DNA of 64,000 nt. Source: an uncultured virus (IMG/VR IMGVR_UViG_3300038656_000077) (lineage: Duplodnaviria > Heunggongvirae > Uroviricota > Caudoviricetes). The position numbers and the translations under genes are program-made. Each line of letters starts with the position of its first letter. The stretch's first letter is position 1. The DNA is taken from the IMG/VR virus record IMGVR_UViG_3300038656_000077; one strand, given 5' to 3'. This document shows positions 1-8,400 of the stretch, piece after piece. The notes under the pieces are model-generated. The model made no database searches, was not told the origin of the DNA, and saw only the letters and a program-made list of their open reading frames with translations.

Positions 1-91
1 AGCGAGAATGTCCAAAATGCCTTGCAAGATTTTGTTCTTGTTTAGCAGTTGGATATATCCTAAAGCGATATGTTTTATTGATTACTTTCAT
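1..91 (-). CDS. tnpB: TnpB (IS200/IS605-type RNA-guided nuclease), 5' end only; runs off the window
   Basis: Hand translation from ATG at 91: MKVINKTYRFRIYPTAKQEQNLARHFGHSR, matching the typical TnpB N-terminus (K.Y+FR+YPT..Q...L...FG..R). Only 30 codons are visible. Confidence 0.85.
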   Translation of the reverse strand, partial: MKVINKTYRFRIYPTAKQEQNLARHFGHSR

Positions 92-99
92 TTCTTACG

Positions 100-131
100 C
101 AAATATACGTTAATAGTATGGATTATACAAA
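100..131 (-). promoter_or_regulatory. Bacteroidota sigma70-type promoter for tnpB
   Basis: Minus strand TTTG-N20-TATATTTG ending 8 nt before the tnpB ATG. A second TATATTTG lies at 128-135. Confidence 0.75.
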
Positions 132-138
132 TATATAT

Positions 139-179
139 AAAAAATAAGGGGTTGAGGGTCATCACTCAACAAGTTTTTT
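139..179. terminator. Probable intrinsic terminator (possibly bidirectional)
   Basis: GTTGAG-N8-CTCAAC hairpin (151-170) with A/T tracts on both sides. Confidence 0.4.
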
Positions 180-270
180 GTTACGGAAAGTACTTCACTT
201 CCCAGGTCTTTTTTGTTTTTATCCCTTACTATTTATATACTAACCGTTACTAATAATACTACATCGGTAC

Positions 271-450
271 TTACATCCACCATTCTATATTTGTCAATTG
301 CTCTACGTCATCATTTGATGGTATATACACTTCTTCTGTGTCATTATCAAACACTTGGAATACGCCTACTTCTGGGTAAAATGCTTTTATCGCTTTAAAT
401 ACAATTACTTGGTCTTGAACTGGTTTTTCTTTTCTAAAATACTTTTTCAT
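271..450 (-). CDS. Hypothetical protein, 59 aa
   Basis: Hand translation MKKYFRKEKPVQDQVIVFKAIKAFYPEVG...NIEWWM; co-directional with neighbours and below the ORF-track cutoff. Confidence 0.6.
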   Translation of the reverse strand: MKKYFRKEKPVQDQVIVFKAIKAFYPEVGVFQVFDNDTEEVYIPSNDDVEQLTNIEWWM

Positions 451-482
451 ATTCTAAGTTGATCTTATCTTATTTACTGTTT

Positions 483-1028
483 TTATTTTAAACTTTCTTT
501 TACTAGTTCGTTAAATTCTTCTTGAGAGTTTATGGTATAGCCTTTGTCCTCTTCTGATCTAATTCTAAGGTTAGGTAATTTACTATTTGACTGAAAATAA
601 CTACAACCTTTGCACCTCTCTATACCTTTAACCTCTTGAGATTTGCAGTCTAAGCATCCTCCATGGAATATTAGGTCTATATGCTCGTCCTCTTCTTTGA
701 CATCTAACTTGGGGCCTATTATTGTAACATTGGGCCTAAACTTTTTGTTGAGGTAATCTGCATTATGATGCGCCCATTTTTTGTATTTTATATAATCGTC
801 TTGTGATAGTGCCCCGTGAGCAACAGGGTAGTTGTCGATGTTAGAATTGTAATCAAATATTTCCTCAAACTCTTCTAGTTGTTCGGGCGTTAATCTAATA
901 CTGTACTCCTCTATTCTTTTGTAAATACGAGAACTCGACTCATGGTATGAAGGTACCCTGTCTTTTATAGACTCTGTTATTACCATTAGCACTATTGCTG
1001 CGATTAATATAATTCCAAAAATTACCAT
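483..1028 (-). CDS. Hypothetical membrane-anchored protein with a CxxC...CxxC motif
   Basis: N-terminal hydrophobic helix; GGCLDC...RCKGC near the C-terminus. Confidence 0.75.
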   Translation of the reverse strand: MVIFGIILIAAIVLMVITESIKDRVPSYHESSSRIYKRIEEYSIRLTPEQLEEFEEIFDYNSNIDNYPVAHGALSQDDYIKYKKWAHHNADYLNKKFRPNVTIIGPKLDVKEEDEHIDLIFHGGCLDCKSQEVKGIERCKGCSYFQSNSKLPNLRIRSEEDKGYTINSQEEFNELVKESLK

Positions 1029-1031
1029 AGT

Positions 1032-1346
1032 TTAATTGTTGATTAAGAATGTTATTAGCTCTTGTGATTTATCTAGTACATGTTTTAGTGCTACTGTTTT
1101 AGCATCTGGTAGGTTGTTTTCAACGCCCAGCCATTCCCCGTTTAACATTATGTCATAGCTTGGTCTTTCTTTCCAGCTCTTCCACTCTATTATGATTGTA
1201 CCTAGTGGTGTTTCACTAATTGTGTGATCGTAGTAGCTTATTCCTTCAACTGTATCGTCGAATGCTTTCTGTGCAAAGTTATATTCCTCATCAGTGAAAG
1301 CCCCTTCTTCTTCTCTACCATCATTAGGTGCTTCAATTGTTGACAT
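1032..1346 (-). CDS. Hypothetical protein
   Basis: 104-aa ORF abutting the next gene. The frame stays open about 29 codons upstream without an ATG, so the start is uncertain. Confidence 0.7.
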   Translation of the reverse strand: MSTIEAPNDGREEEGAFTDEEYNFAQKAFDDTVEGISYYDHTISETPLGTIIIEWKSWKERPSYDIMLNGEWLGVENNLPDAKTVALKHVLDKSQELITFLINN

Positions 1347-1421
1347 TAAACCTTGTATTTTATCGCCGTTTAGCCCCTTCTCTAATTCTACTTGTTTTGT
1401 TTCTCTGTTTTTTATTCTTTT

Positions 1422-1516
1422 ATTTATTATTGGTTATTCATTATTTCCCGTCTGAGGCAGTTGTCAAGGATTACTTGATAACTGATTTTTCATTTATTAT
1501 TGGTTATTCATTATTT
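1422..1516. repeat. 25-bp direct repeat flanking a 27-bp imperfect palindrome
   Basis: ATTTATTATTGGTTATTCATTATTT at 1422-1446 and 1492-1516; CAGTTGTCAAG-GATTA-CTTGATAACTG lies between them. Confidence 0.85.
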
Positions 1517-1555
1517 TTTCAATATTTATGTACATAATTTTAGATTTATTCACTA

Positions 1556-1590
1556 CAAATATATAAATAAAAAAAGGCTTTCACAAGCCC
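1556..1590 (-). terminator. Intrinsic terminator after nrdA, overlapping a promoter
   Basis: Minus strand GGGCTT-GTGA-AAGCCT followed by a T tract. The same bases give CTTG-N20-TATATTTG (1587-1556). Confidence 0.7.
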
Positions 1591-1621
1591 TTTAGTAATT
1601 ATTTATGATTTATTCTTCTTA

Positions 1622-4414
1622 TCAATCTGCACAAGATTCACAATCGTCCCATTTTGATCCTGAACTATGTTCTATTGCTGCGTGACCTTGAGCAAAGTAA
1701 TAATACAAGGTTTTTATACCTCTACTGAAAGCATATCTGTGCATGTCATAAACGTCTTTTGTAGTATACTGCGGTCTACCGAACAAATTTAAGCTTTGAC
1801 CCATATCTATATAGACTTGACGATCTGCTGCTAAATCAATAATATCTTTAGGTGCTATTTCAGAAGCTGTTTTGAACACCGCCTTTTGATCCTCACTCAA
1901 GAAAGCTAAATTCTGAACTGAACCTCCATTGTTTAAAACTTCACTCCAAACCTCTTGTGAGTTCTTGCCAATGTCAGATAAAAGTTTCTCTAAATAAGGA
2001 TTTTTAACAACCTCTTCGTATCCTGCCAACTCTTGGCTATAATAGTTCGAGACCCTTGGTTGTATACCTTGGCTAACATCAGGTAAAAAAGAGGTTGATT
2101 TATTAGGTGCGACCATCATAAGGGAAACATTTCTTCTTGTAAGCCCTGCATCTTGACATAGCTTAGGTGATCCTACTTTATCACCCATTTCCTGAGCATA
2201 CGTCTCCCCTACATCTCTTAATAATTTGAATATCTCTCTGTTAAGTGCTCTACTCCCAATTCCGCCAAAAGCTAAACCTTTTGATTGCAGTAGATCAGTG
2301 AAACCCATAGTACCTAGACCTATATCCCTTTTATCTATAGCACTCCTACGTGCTTTTTCCAGAAAAGGCACCCCCTCAGTTAAATCTATAAATAAGGATA
2401 CCATAATATCTAAATAGATATAACAGTCTCTTATAATTTTAGGGTCGGATTTTATCTCATCATACTTAACTAGGTTTAAAGATGCTAACATACACACAAA
2501 AGAGTACCTATCATCTAAAGCCGTTAAGGCTTCAGTATTAGACGTGATGAACCCGTTGCAAACCCACAAGTGTTTTTCAGAGTCTATGGTAGGACAGTAT
2601 ACATCTTGTTTTCCTTTTGATACAATAGACATAATTTCAGAAGATTTATGAGAGTTATCTCTATACTCTCTGTCCTCTAAATACACATTTTTTCTACTTA
2701 AAAAACTAGTGTTCTTCTCTACCTTCAGTAAATCAGTTTTGTTTGATATTACTAGTCTGTATATATGATTAGTCTTATAGTCAGCGTAATCTCCCGTACC
2801 ATCATTCTTAGGCAAACTTTGAACACCCTCTTCTTTTAAATCATATATCTTTGAGTTTATACCTAAGTTAGAGCAAATTAGTTGGACTTTTTTAAGTAAG
2901 CTTAAATCTATGTTTGCTAAAGATAAATTTATAGGTTGACCAAAGGACTTTCCAGTATTGTAGTCTCCTACAGTCCCGTCTGAATATAATAACCCTCTTA
3001 ATAACTGCCATTGAGTTTCCTCATTTGAATCTAATATCCAGTGAGGTATCTCTCCTTTCTTGAAAGCTAAACCATTACTATTAAATATAGAGGTGTATAA
3101 ATTCTTTCTTTTTGCCTGAGAGTCCCCTGTACTAGTAGCATCTAAGAACCTTAGCTCTCTCTTACTGTTAGGGTGAAAGTGTACTCCGCTTCTTTCGCAA
3201 AATTTATCACAGATCTCTTCTATTTCGCCTACTAAATCAAAGTCATTCTCCCAAAGGCTTAACCTTAGCCCATTACCTTGTTTATTACCATCTCCTAAAA
3301 ATAGGCCTAATAAAAAAGCTAACCCTTGTTCGTCCCTCTTTCCAAATAGTCCCTTATTTGTCTGTATACAGACTTTTTGTCCTATTTTCAAGCCTGAGTC
3401 TATGGACTCCCTAAAAGTTTTTCTAGTACTATCCCTCACTACTAACTCATGGTTAGCCGTAATTGTGTGCGACATACCATTCTTTAGGTTAACCTCAAAA
3501 ACTTCTGCATTTCCTCTGTATAACATTGCTGAACTATTGTGTACGGCTTCGTTATCAAAAAGTTGTAAGGGAAGGTTTGTGTCAGATAGCTCCTTCACAG
3601 TTTTAAAACCTTCTTGTGTGGCTACTAATTGATCCCCTGTAACACAACAAATATTTGTAGCATTTACTTCTAACTCTAAGTTTTTATATACTTCACTTTG
3701 ATTAGTGTTACAGTTATCTACATCTAAAATATAAATTTTACCTTTGCTTTTTCTTTTTTGAATTAAAATTAGAAAACGCTTTTTAAGCTCTGAATCCTCT
3801 TCAAAGTCTTTCCAAAACCCTTTTGGTAAAACTATACAACCAGTGTTCCTAACTAGAGGGTCCTTAGAGTCAGGGTTCTTTTTATCTAACCTCTCCATAA
3901 AGTCATAAAACTCTACATCGGTTATATAAATGGATGGAACACTATATCCTCTTCTTACCGCACCTTGACTAACTTTTTGTGAAGACCTTAAACCATCTTC
4001 TATCCAGTCTAGCTTGGAGTTTGAATGGAAACCTTCATCTAACTTGGTCCCTTTTTCTACAACATTTATATAAGATGAACCAATACCTCCCCCTAATTTA
4101 GACATCATAGCCGTTTCACCGAAAGAATAGTAAATTCCTTGGATACTGTTTTCTACTCCGAGTATGTAACAAGATGCTGGGAGATTTGGAGACCCATTGT
4201 ATTCACGTCCTACGTTAGCCCATTGCGGAGTTGAAGGGATAAAAATTTGATTATTAATGTAACTTTTAATCCTCTCACTTAAGCCTTCTTCTCCATACTC
4301 TCCTTCGTATTGTTTAACAACACTACAAATTGAGTCTATTCTGTCCACTATAGTTTCATCCCCTTTTAAGTACTGCTTATTCTTTAAAAAATCTACTGCT
4401 TGTTGTCTATACAT
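1622..4414 (-). CDS. nrdA: Ribonucleotide reductase class I alpha subunit (short, no ATP cone), intein-containing
   Basis: PSTPQWAN, ASCY, GGGIG, TNIC/TE active-site loop, IGLG, VAPNKSTS, KTLYY, C-terminal CESC. About 560 aa after intein removal. Confidence 0.95.
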   Translation of the reverse strand: MYRQQAVDFLKNKQYLKGDETIVDRIDSICSVVKQYEGEYGEEGLSERIKSYINNQIFIPSTPQWANVGREYNGSPNLPASCYILGVENSIQGIYYSFGETAMMSKLGGGIGSSYINVVEKGTKLDEGFHSNSKLDWIEDGLRSSQKVSQGAVRRGYSVPSIYITDVEFYDFMERLDKKNPDSKDPLVRNTGCIVLPKGFWKDFEEDSELKKRFLILIQKRKSKGKIYILDVDNCNTNQSEVYKNLELEVNATNICCVTGDQLVATQEGFKTVKELSDTNLPLQLFDNEAVHNSSAMLYRGNAEVFEVNLKNGMSHTITANHELVVRDSTRKTFRESIDSGLKIGQKVCIQTNKGLFGKRDEQGLAFLLGLFLGDGNKQGNGLRLSLWENDFDLVGEIEEICDKFCERSGVHFHPNSKRELRFLDATSTGDSQAKRKNLYTSIFNSNGLAFKKGEIPHWILDSNEETQWQLLRGLLYSDGTVGDYNTGKSFGQPINLSLANIDLSLLKKVQLICSNLGINSKIYDLKEEGVQSLPKNDGTGDYADYKTNHIYRLVISNKTDLLKVEKNTSFLSRKNVYLEDREYRDNSHKSSEIMSIVSKGKQDVYCPTIDSEKHLWVCNGFITSNTEALTALDDRYSFVCMLASLNLVKYDEIKSDPKIIRDCYIYLDIMVSLFIDLTEGVPFLEKARRSAIDKRDIGLGTMGFTDLLQSKGLAFGGIGSRALNREIFKLLRDVGETYAQEMGDKVGSPKLCQDAGLTRRNVSLMMVAPNKSTSFLPDVSQGIQPRVSNYYSQELAGYEEVVKNPYLEKLLSDIGKNSQEVWSEVLNNGGSVQNLAFLSEDQKAVFKTASEIAPKDIIDLAADRQVYIDMGQSLNLFGRPQYTTKDVYDMHRYAFSRGIKTLYYYFAQGHAAIEHSSGSKWDDCESCAD
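2537..3646 (-). mobile_element. Intein (370 aa) with LAGLIDADG homing endonuclease
   Basis: Begins CVTGDQLV; block B TITANH; LAGLIDADG-like helices LLGLFLGDG and LLRGLLYSDG; ends VYCPT...NGFITSN before Thr+1. Removal restores TNIC-TE. Confidence 0.95.
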
Positions 4415-4416
4415 TT

Positions 4417-5409
4417 TTAAAATTTAAATTCGTCTATATTAATTTCTTCCTCTTCGTTTGCGTAATTTCCTACCTCATTTAAGAAAAAATCTGAGTCTGT
4501 AGAACTAAGTATTCTAACCATAAACCAAGAATTTTTCTTTTCGTAAAGTTCTTCATCAACAACATAAGCACTGTGGTCTATTTCAAGATCTTTGCAAAGC
4601 TCCCTAAAATTATATCTAGTAAAATTTAATATCTCTTCTTTAGTTATATGGTCAGGCACTCCGTTTTCGAAAAACCAATCTATTAAAGCTAATTCAGACT
4701 TATAAGCCATTTTAATATTCTTAGCTACAAACTCCTCTAAATACTCGTTCCAAAGACTCGGTTTTTGTTTTTTCACAATATTTATTATGTCAATACCAAA
4801 TTGGTAATGCATAAGTAATTCTTCTTGTGCTGTAGACTTCTGCAGTTTAGAAATAGTCTCTAGACCTTTCTTTGCTTTAGCCCAACTAGACAATATGTAA
4901 AAGCAAGGGAGCAAGCTCACTCTTTCTGTTAGAGCAGTGAATAATGTAAGTCTTTTAAGAGCTGCTCTCTCTCCTCTAAGTCTTGGGTCGGATTCATTAT
5001 ACTTTTTTAAGTATTTGATCTTATCTCTTAAAGGTTTATGGCTATCAATTTCTGATTTATCAACTTTTAATACGTCCAAAAGATGGTGATAAGATTTACG
5101 GTGTGTTACCTCTTGAGCTCCAAATAAACCTCCTACATCAGATATAATAACTTGAGGAAAGTCTTTATGTAATGTCATCCAAAAGGTTTTGACTGTGTCT
5201 TCCACAATTGCAACTGAGAGCAGGCATCTTTTTATAGCCTCTTTATCAATGCTTATTAATTCATTGTGGTAATGTGGTGCATCTTGCTCCTCTATTAATG
5301 CTTGGTAAGCTGCAGGAGTCCAAATACTCCGATACATCATTTTTGTATACTTATCCAAGTGTTGATAATCTGGATGAAGATACTCTTGGTTTTCGAAAAT
5401 GTTTGTCAT
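4417..5409 (-). CDS. nrdB: Ribonucleotide reductase beta subunit, class Id-like
   Basis: Ferritin-like ligand motifs IVEDTVKTFW, EVTHRKSY, LTERV, EELLMH; directly upstream of nrdA. Confidence 0.92.
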   Translation of the reverse strand: MTNIFENQEYLHPDYQHLDKYTKMMYRSIWTPAAYQALIEEQDAPHYHNELISIDKEAIKRCLLSVAIVEDTVKTFWMTLHKDFPQVIISDVGGLFGAQEVTHRKSYHHLLDVLKVDKSEIDSHKPLRDKIKYLKKYNESDPRLRGERAALKRLTLFTALTERVSLLPCFYILSSWAKAKKGLETISKLQKSTAQEELLMHYQFGIDIINIVKKQKPSLWNEYLEEFVAKNIKMAYKSELALIDWFFENGVPDHITKEEILNFTRYNFRELCKDLEIDHSAYVVDEELYEKKNSWFMVRILSSTDSDFFLNEVGNYANEEEEINIDEFKF

Positions 5410-5435
5410 AGTTATAGTTTAATTTTTAAGAGCTG

Positions 5436-5467
5436 CAAATATACAATAATAGTGTGTACTGTACAAA
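5436..5467 (-). promoter_or_regulatory. sigma70-type promoter for nrdB-nrdA
   Basis: TTTG-N20-TATATTTG in the intergenic gap. Confidence 0.75.
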
Positions 5468-5493
5468 CACATTAGATATTTTTTATTAAATTT

Positions 5494-8400
5494 TTAATCG
5501 TCTAAAGCAGATACTAGCATTGCTGATATAGGACTCCATTTTAGGTTTGATGAATTGTAAAAATAGTATGTGTCTCTAGTCTGCTTTAACTTATTCATGT
5601 CGTCAATAGTCTTCATACCTGGGACTACTTTTTTTAAAGCTCTCATTCTTTCTGTTTCTCCTTTATACTTACCACTTTTAATTATTTCAGAACCTGTGGC
5701 TAACTGTGGAAACAAGTTGAATGTATCTTTTACTACATTAAGTCCCACAAAAGGAGATTCTAAAGTTTCGTACATCTGGTAAGGTAAACCTGACTGAGAA
5801 GATACTTGTTCGTTTAAGACTCTCAAAGCTAAATAAGATGTGAATTGTAGTGCAGGATTTGATTCATCATCATCCGCAGCTTGTAATAGTATATACGCTA
5901 TTCCTGACATGCCCGCTAAGAATGTTGAGTCCAATACCACTCTTCTTATATTCCTTCTTCTTACTAATAGTTGATCTGCTACCGAAACTCCCTTTTTAGG
6001 TTTTAGGTTTTTACCGTTCCACACTTCTCTGAACTCCTTTATGTTTTTGGCTTTAAAAGATTCTGTTATAGCCTCAGAAAACATATTGTATACTGTTCTA
6101 TATGATCCTTCTTCAAATTCCCCTGTTGCCAAGTTGTAGTGGCTGTTTTTTGTTCTGTTAGATAGAGCTACCGACAACCAACCTCTGTGAGTCATAAGGT
6201 AATTCATTGCAAAGTGTCTTTGTGCTGCCACTCTTTGTTCCGAAGTAATTTGTGTATCTAACTGTGACGCTGCCCTCTTAATAGAAGTAGTTACACCTTC
6301 CATTTGTGTTTGGAGATATTCATCTGTCTGGAAATCTTCTCTGAGCTCTTGTTTTAACCCTTCTGTGAACTTTACTCCTTCTTCTGATACATCTAGGTAG
6401 TTATAAATAACTTTGTCTTCTAAAGCTTTCCATTTCGAGTCTATCTCGGATTGAGATACGCCTTTATTTGCTTCGTCTCTTTGAAAACCACTATACTTTT
6501 TTATAACACCTTCTTCTGTTACTCTAAAATCATGCAGCACTCCCATCATGGCTCTAGGTGTAATAGGAAAGTTACCCATAGCGTGAACAGACATAGGCAG
6601 TCTTGAGAAATTCCTAGCTAAATACCCGTAGTTACTGCTATCAAATCTTTCTTCTGATTTAAATATATTAAAAAATTCCCCTAAAATGTTAAGTTTAGAT
6701 TTACTTCTTAGTTTACCTACTTCTGTTACAGAGTCTTTAGCTAGTCTAGCCCACTCTTTTGTACCTAGTCTTGTGGCCTCTTTGTTTATAATCTCTCCAA
6801 CATACTTTTCTATCTGAAAATTTATCTCTGATGTAAAGTAAGAAGTTGCACCCACTATTGTAGAGAACCCTAAGTTTCTGAACTTAATAAAATTCAAGAA
6901 GTTACGAGCAAATTTAGTAAGGTCCACCTTTTGACCCATAATATTTACCTTGAACTCTTGTGTTTCGTTTTTACCATAGAAAGCATAATCGAAAAAGTTA
7001 TTCAACATAGCTACAGTGTTTTTTGTAGATGATCCTACTCCTGCATCTTGTCTAGATTCAATAGCCTCTTTTATAGCTAAAGCATCTCCTATGTTATTTT
7101 TTCTATGTTTGTGCAATACTGACTGTTGGTACATGGATGCATAAGAGAAAAACAATTCATCGGTTAACTCTTCTTTGTTTTTTATATCTCTGGTGTAGTA
7201 TGTAGGTATGACAGATACTTCAGATTCCCCTACGGTTTCTCCATATTCTATATCATCTACCCTATAAGAAAATAGTTCTTTTACACCTTGTTGGATACCG
7301 CCTCGACCTACTCTTTCTACAACATCTTTGGCTCTATCAATGCCTTTTCTAGTTATCTGTGGTAACTTATAAAGGTTGTGTTTTCCCTCTAGTCCATAAT
7401 TTTTCAAAGTCTCTCTCTGTAAAGTTAAAATAGCTTCTAGAGTTTGCTCTTTTACAGTGTTCCCTTTTATTTCGTTTTTGAATTTTTCGGATTCAAAGTT
7501 TATGTCTTCTTTCTTCTCTCCTATTTTAATCCCTTTATCATTAAATTTAGGTACTGTTCTTTTTATGTCACCTTTTTTTACCTGTAAACCACCTTCATAG
7601 TTAGGATTAAAATCTGGATTTTTATAGGTGTTATCCACATCTTCCAGAAAAGAGTAGTTTGGTGTAACTTGTAAGTTGGGGTTTTGACTTAACCTCGTTA
7701 CATATTGTGTTACTGTCTCCCCTTGTGATCTTTGCAAATCTTCATTTATATTCTTTGGTGCAAGCCTTTTGTAGTGTGAACCTATTTGGCTTTTAGCAAA
7801 ATCTCTTATGCTTGTGTTTACCCCCTCTTCGGTTGTGATATCATACCCACCTTCTTCTATAAATTCTCTTTGTCTTTGTGTCAAACTTCCAGCGTAACCT
7901 TTACTTTCAGAGTTTAAATTATATCTGAAATTTGATACCCTATCGTTCGCTTTGTTACTTGAGTTCTCTTGTATAAATCTTATCTCTTCTTGTAGAGTGA
8001 ACTCGTTATCGTTTACTTCAGCTTGATACGCTCGGTTTGCACCTATTTCAAAGTTTTTCTCTAATTCCTCAGATGTCTCTTCCCCTTCAATAGTTTTAGA
8101 TAATCTTGAATAACCGTCTGAAATTTTAGAATCCAGGTCTACAATTATATCACGGATGGGTTTTCCCACCTTTTCTATTTCGAATGGTCTGTTTGGGTCT
8201 TTGTGTCTAGCCAATAAAGCCCTTCTTCTAGCAATATTTTGTTTTAAAGCTGTTAATTCAGATACAAGTGTTTGAGGATTTCCTTCCGACTCTATCGCAT
8301 TTTCTATTCTGTCTATGAAAGCTTCATCTGTACCCATTTCGTTCCAGAAATCTTTCGACAACATGAGCGATGCATTAGTTTCGAAAAACCTTAATGCTGC

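Noticed and set aside
8..398. Plus-strand ORFs 8..253 and 213..398
   Set aside because: They overlap the minus-strand tnpB start, its promoter and the 59-aa gene, which explain the region better.
1422..1516. Minimal CRISPR array
   Set aside because: Only two AT-rich non-palindromic repeats, the spacer is the palindromic part, and no cas genes are present.
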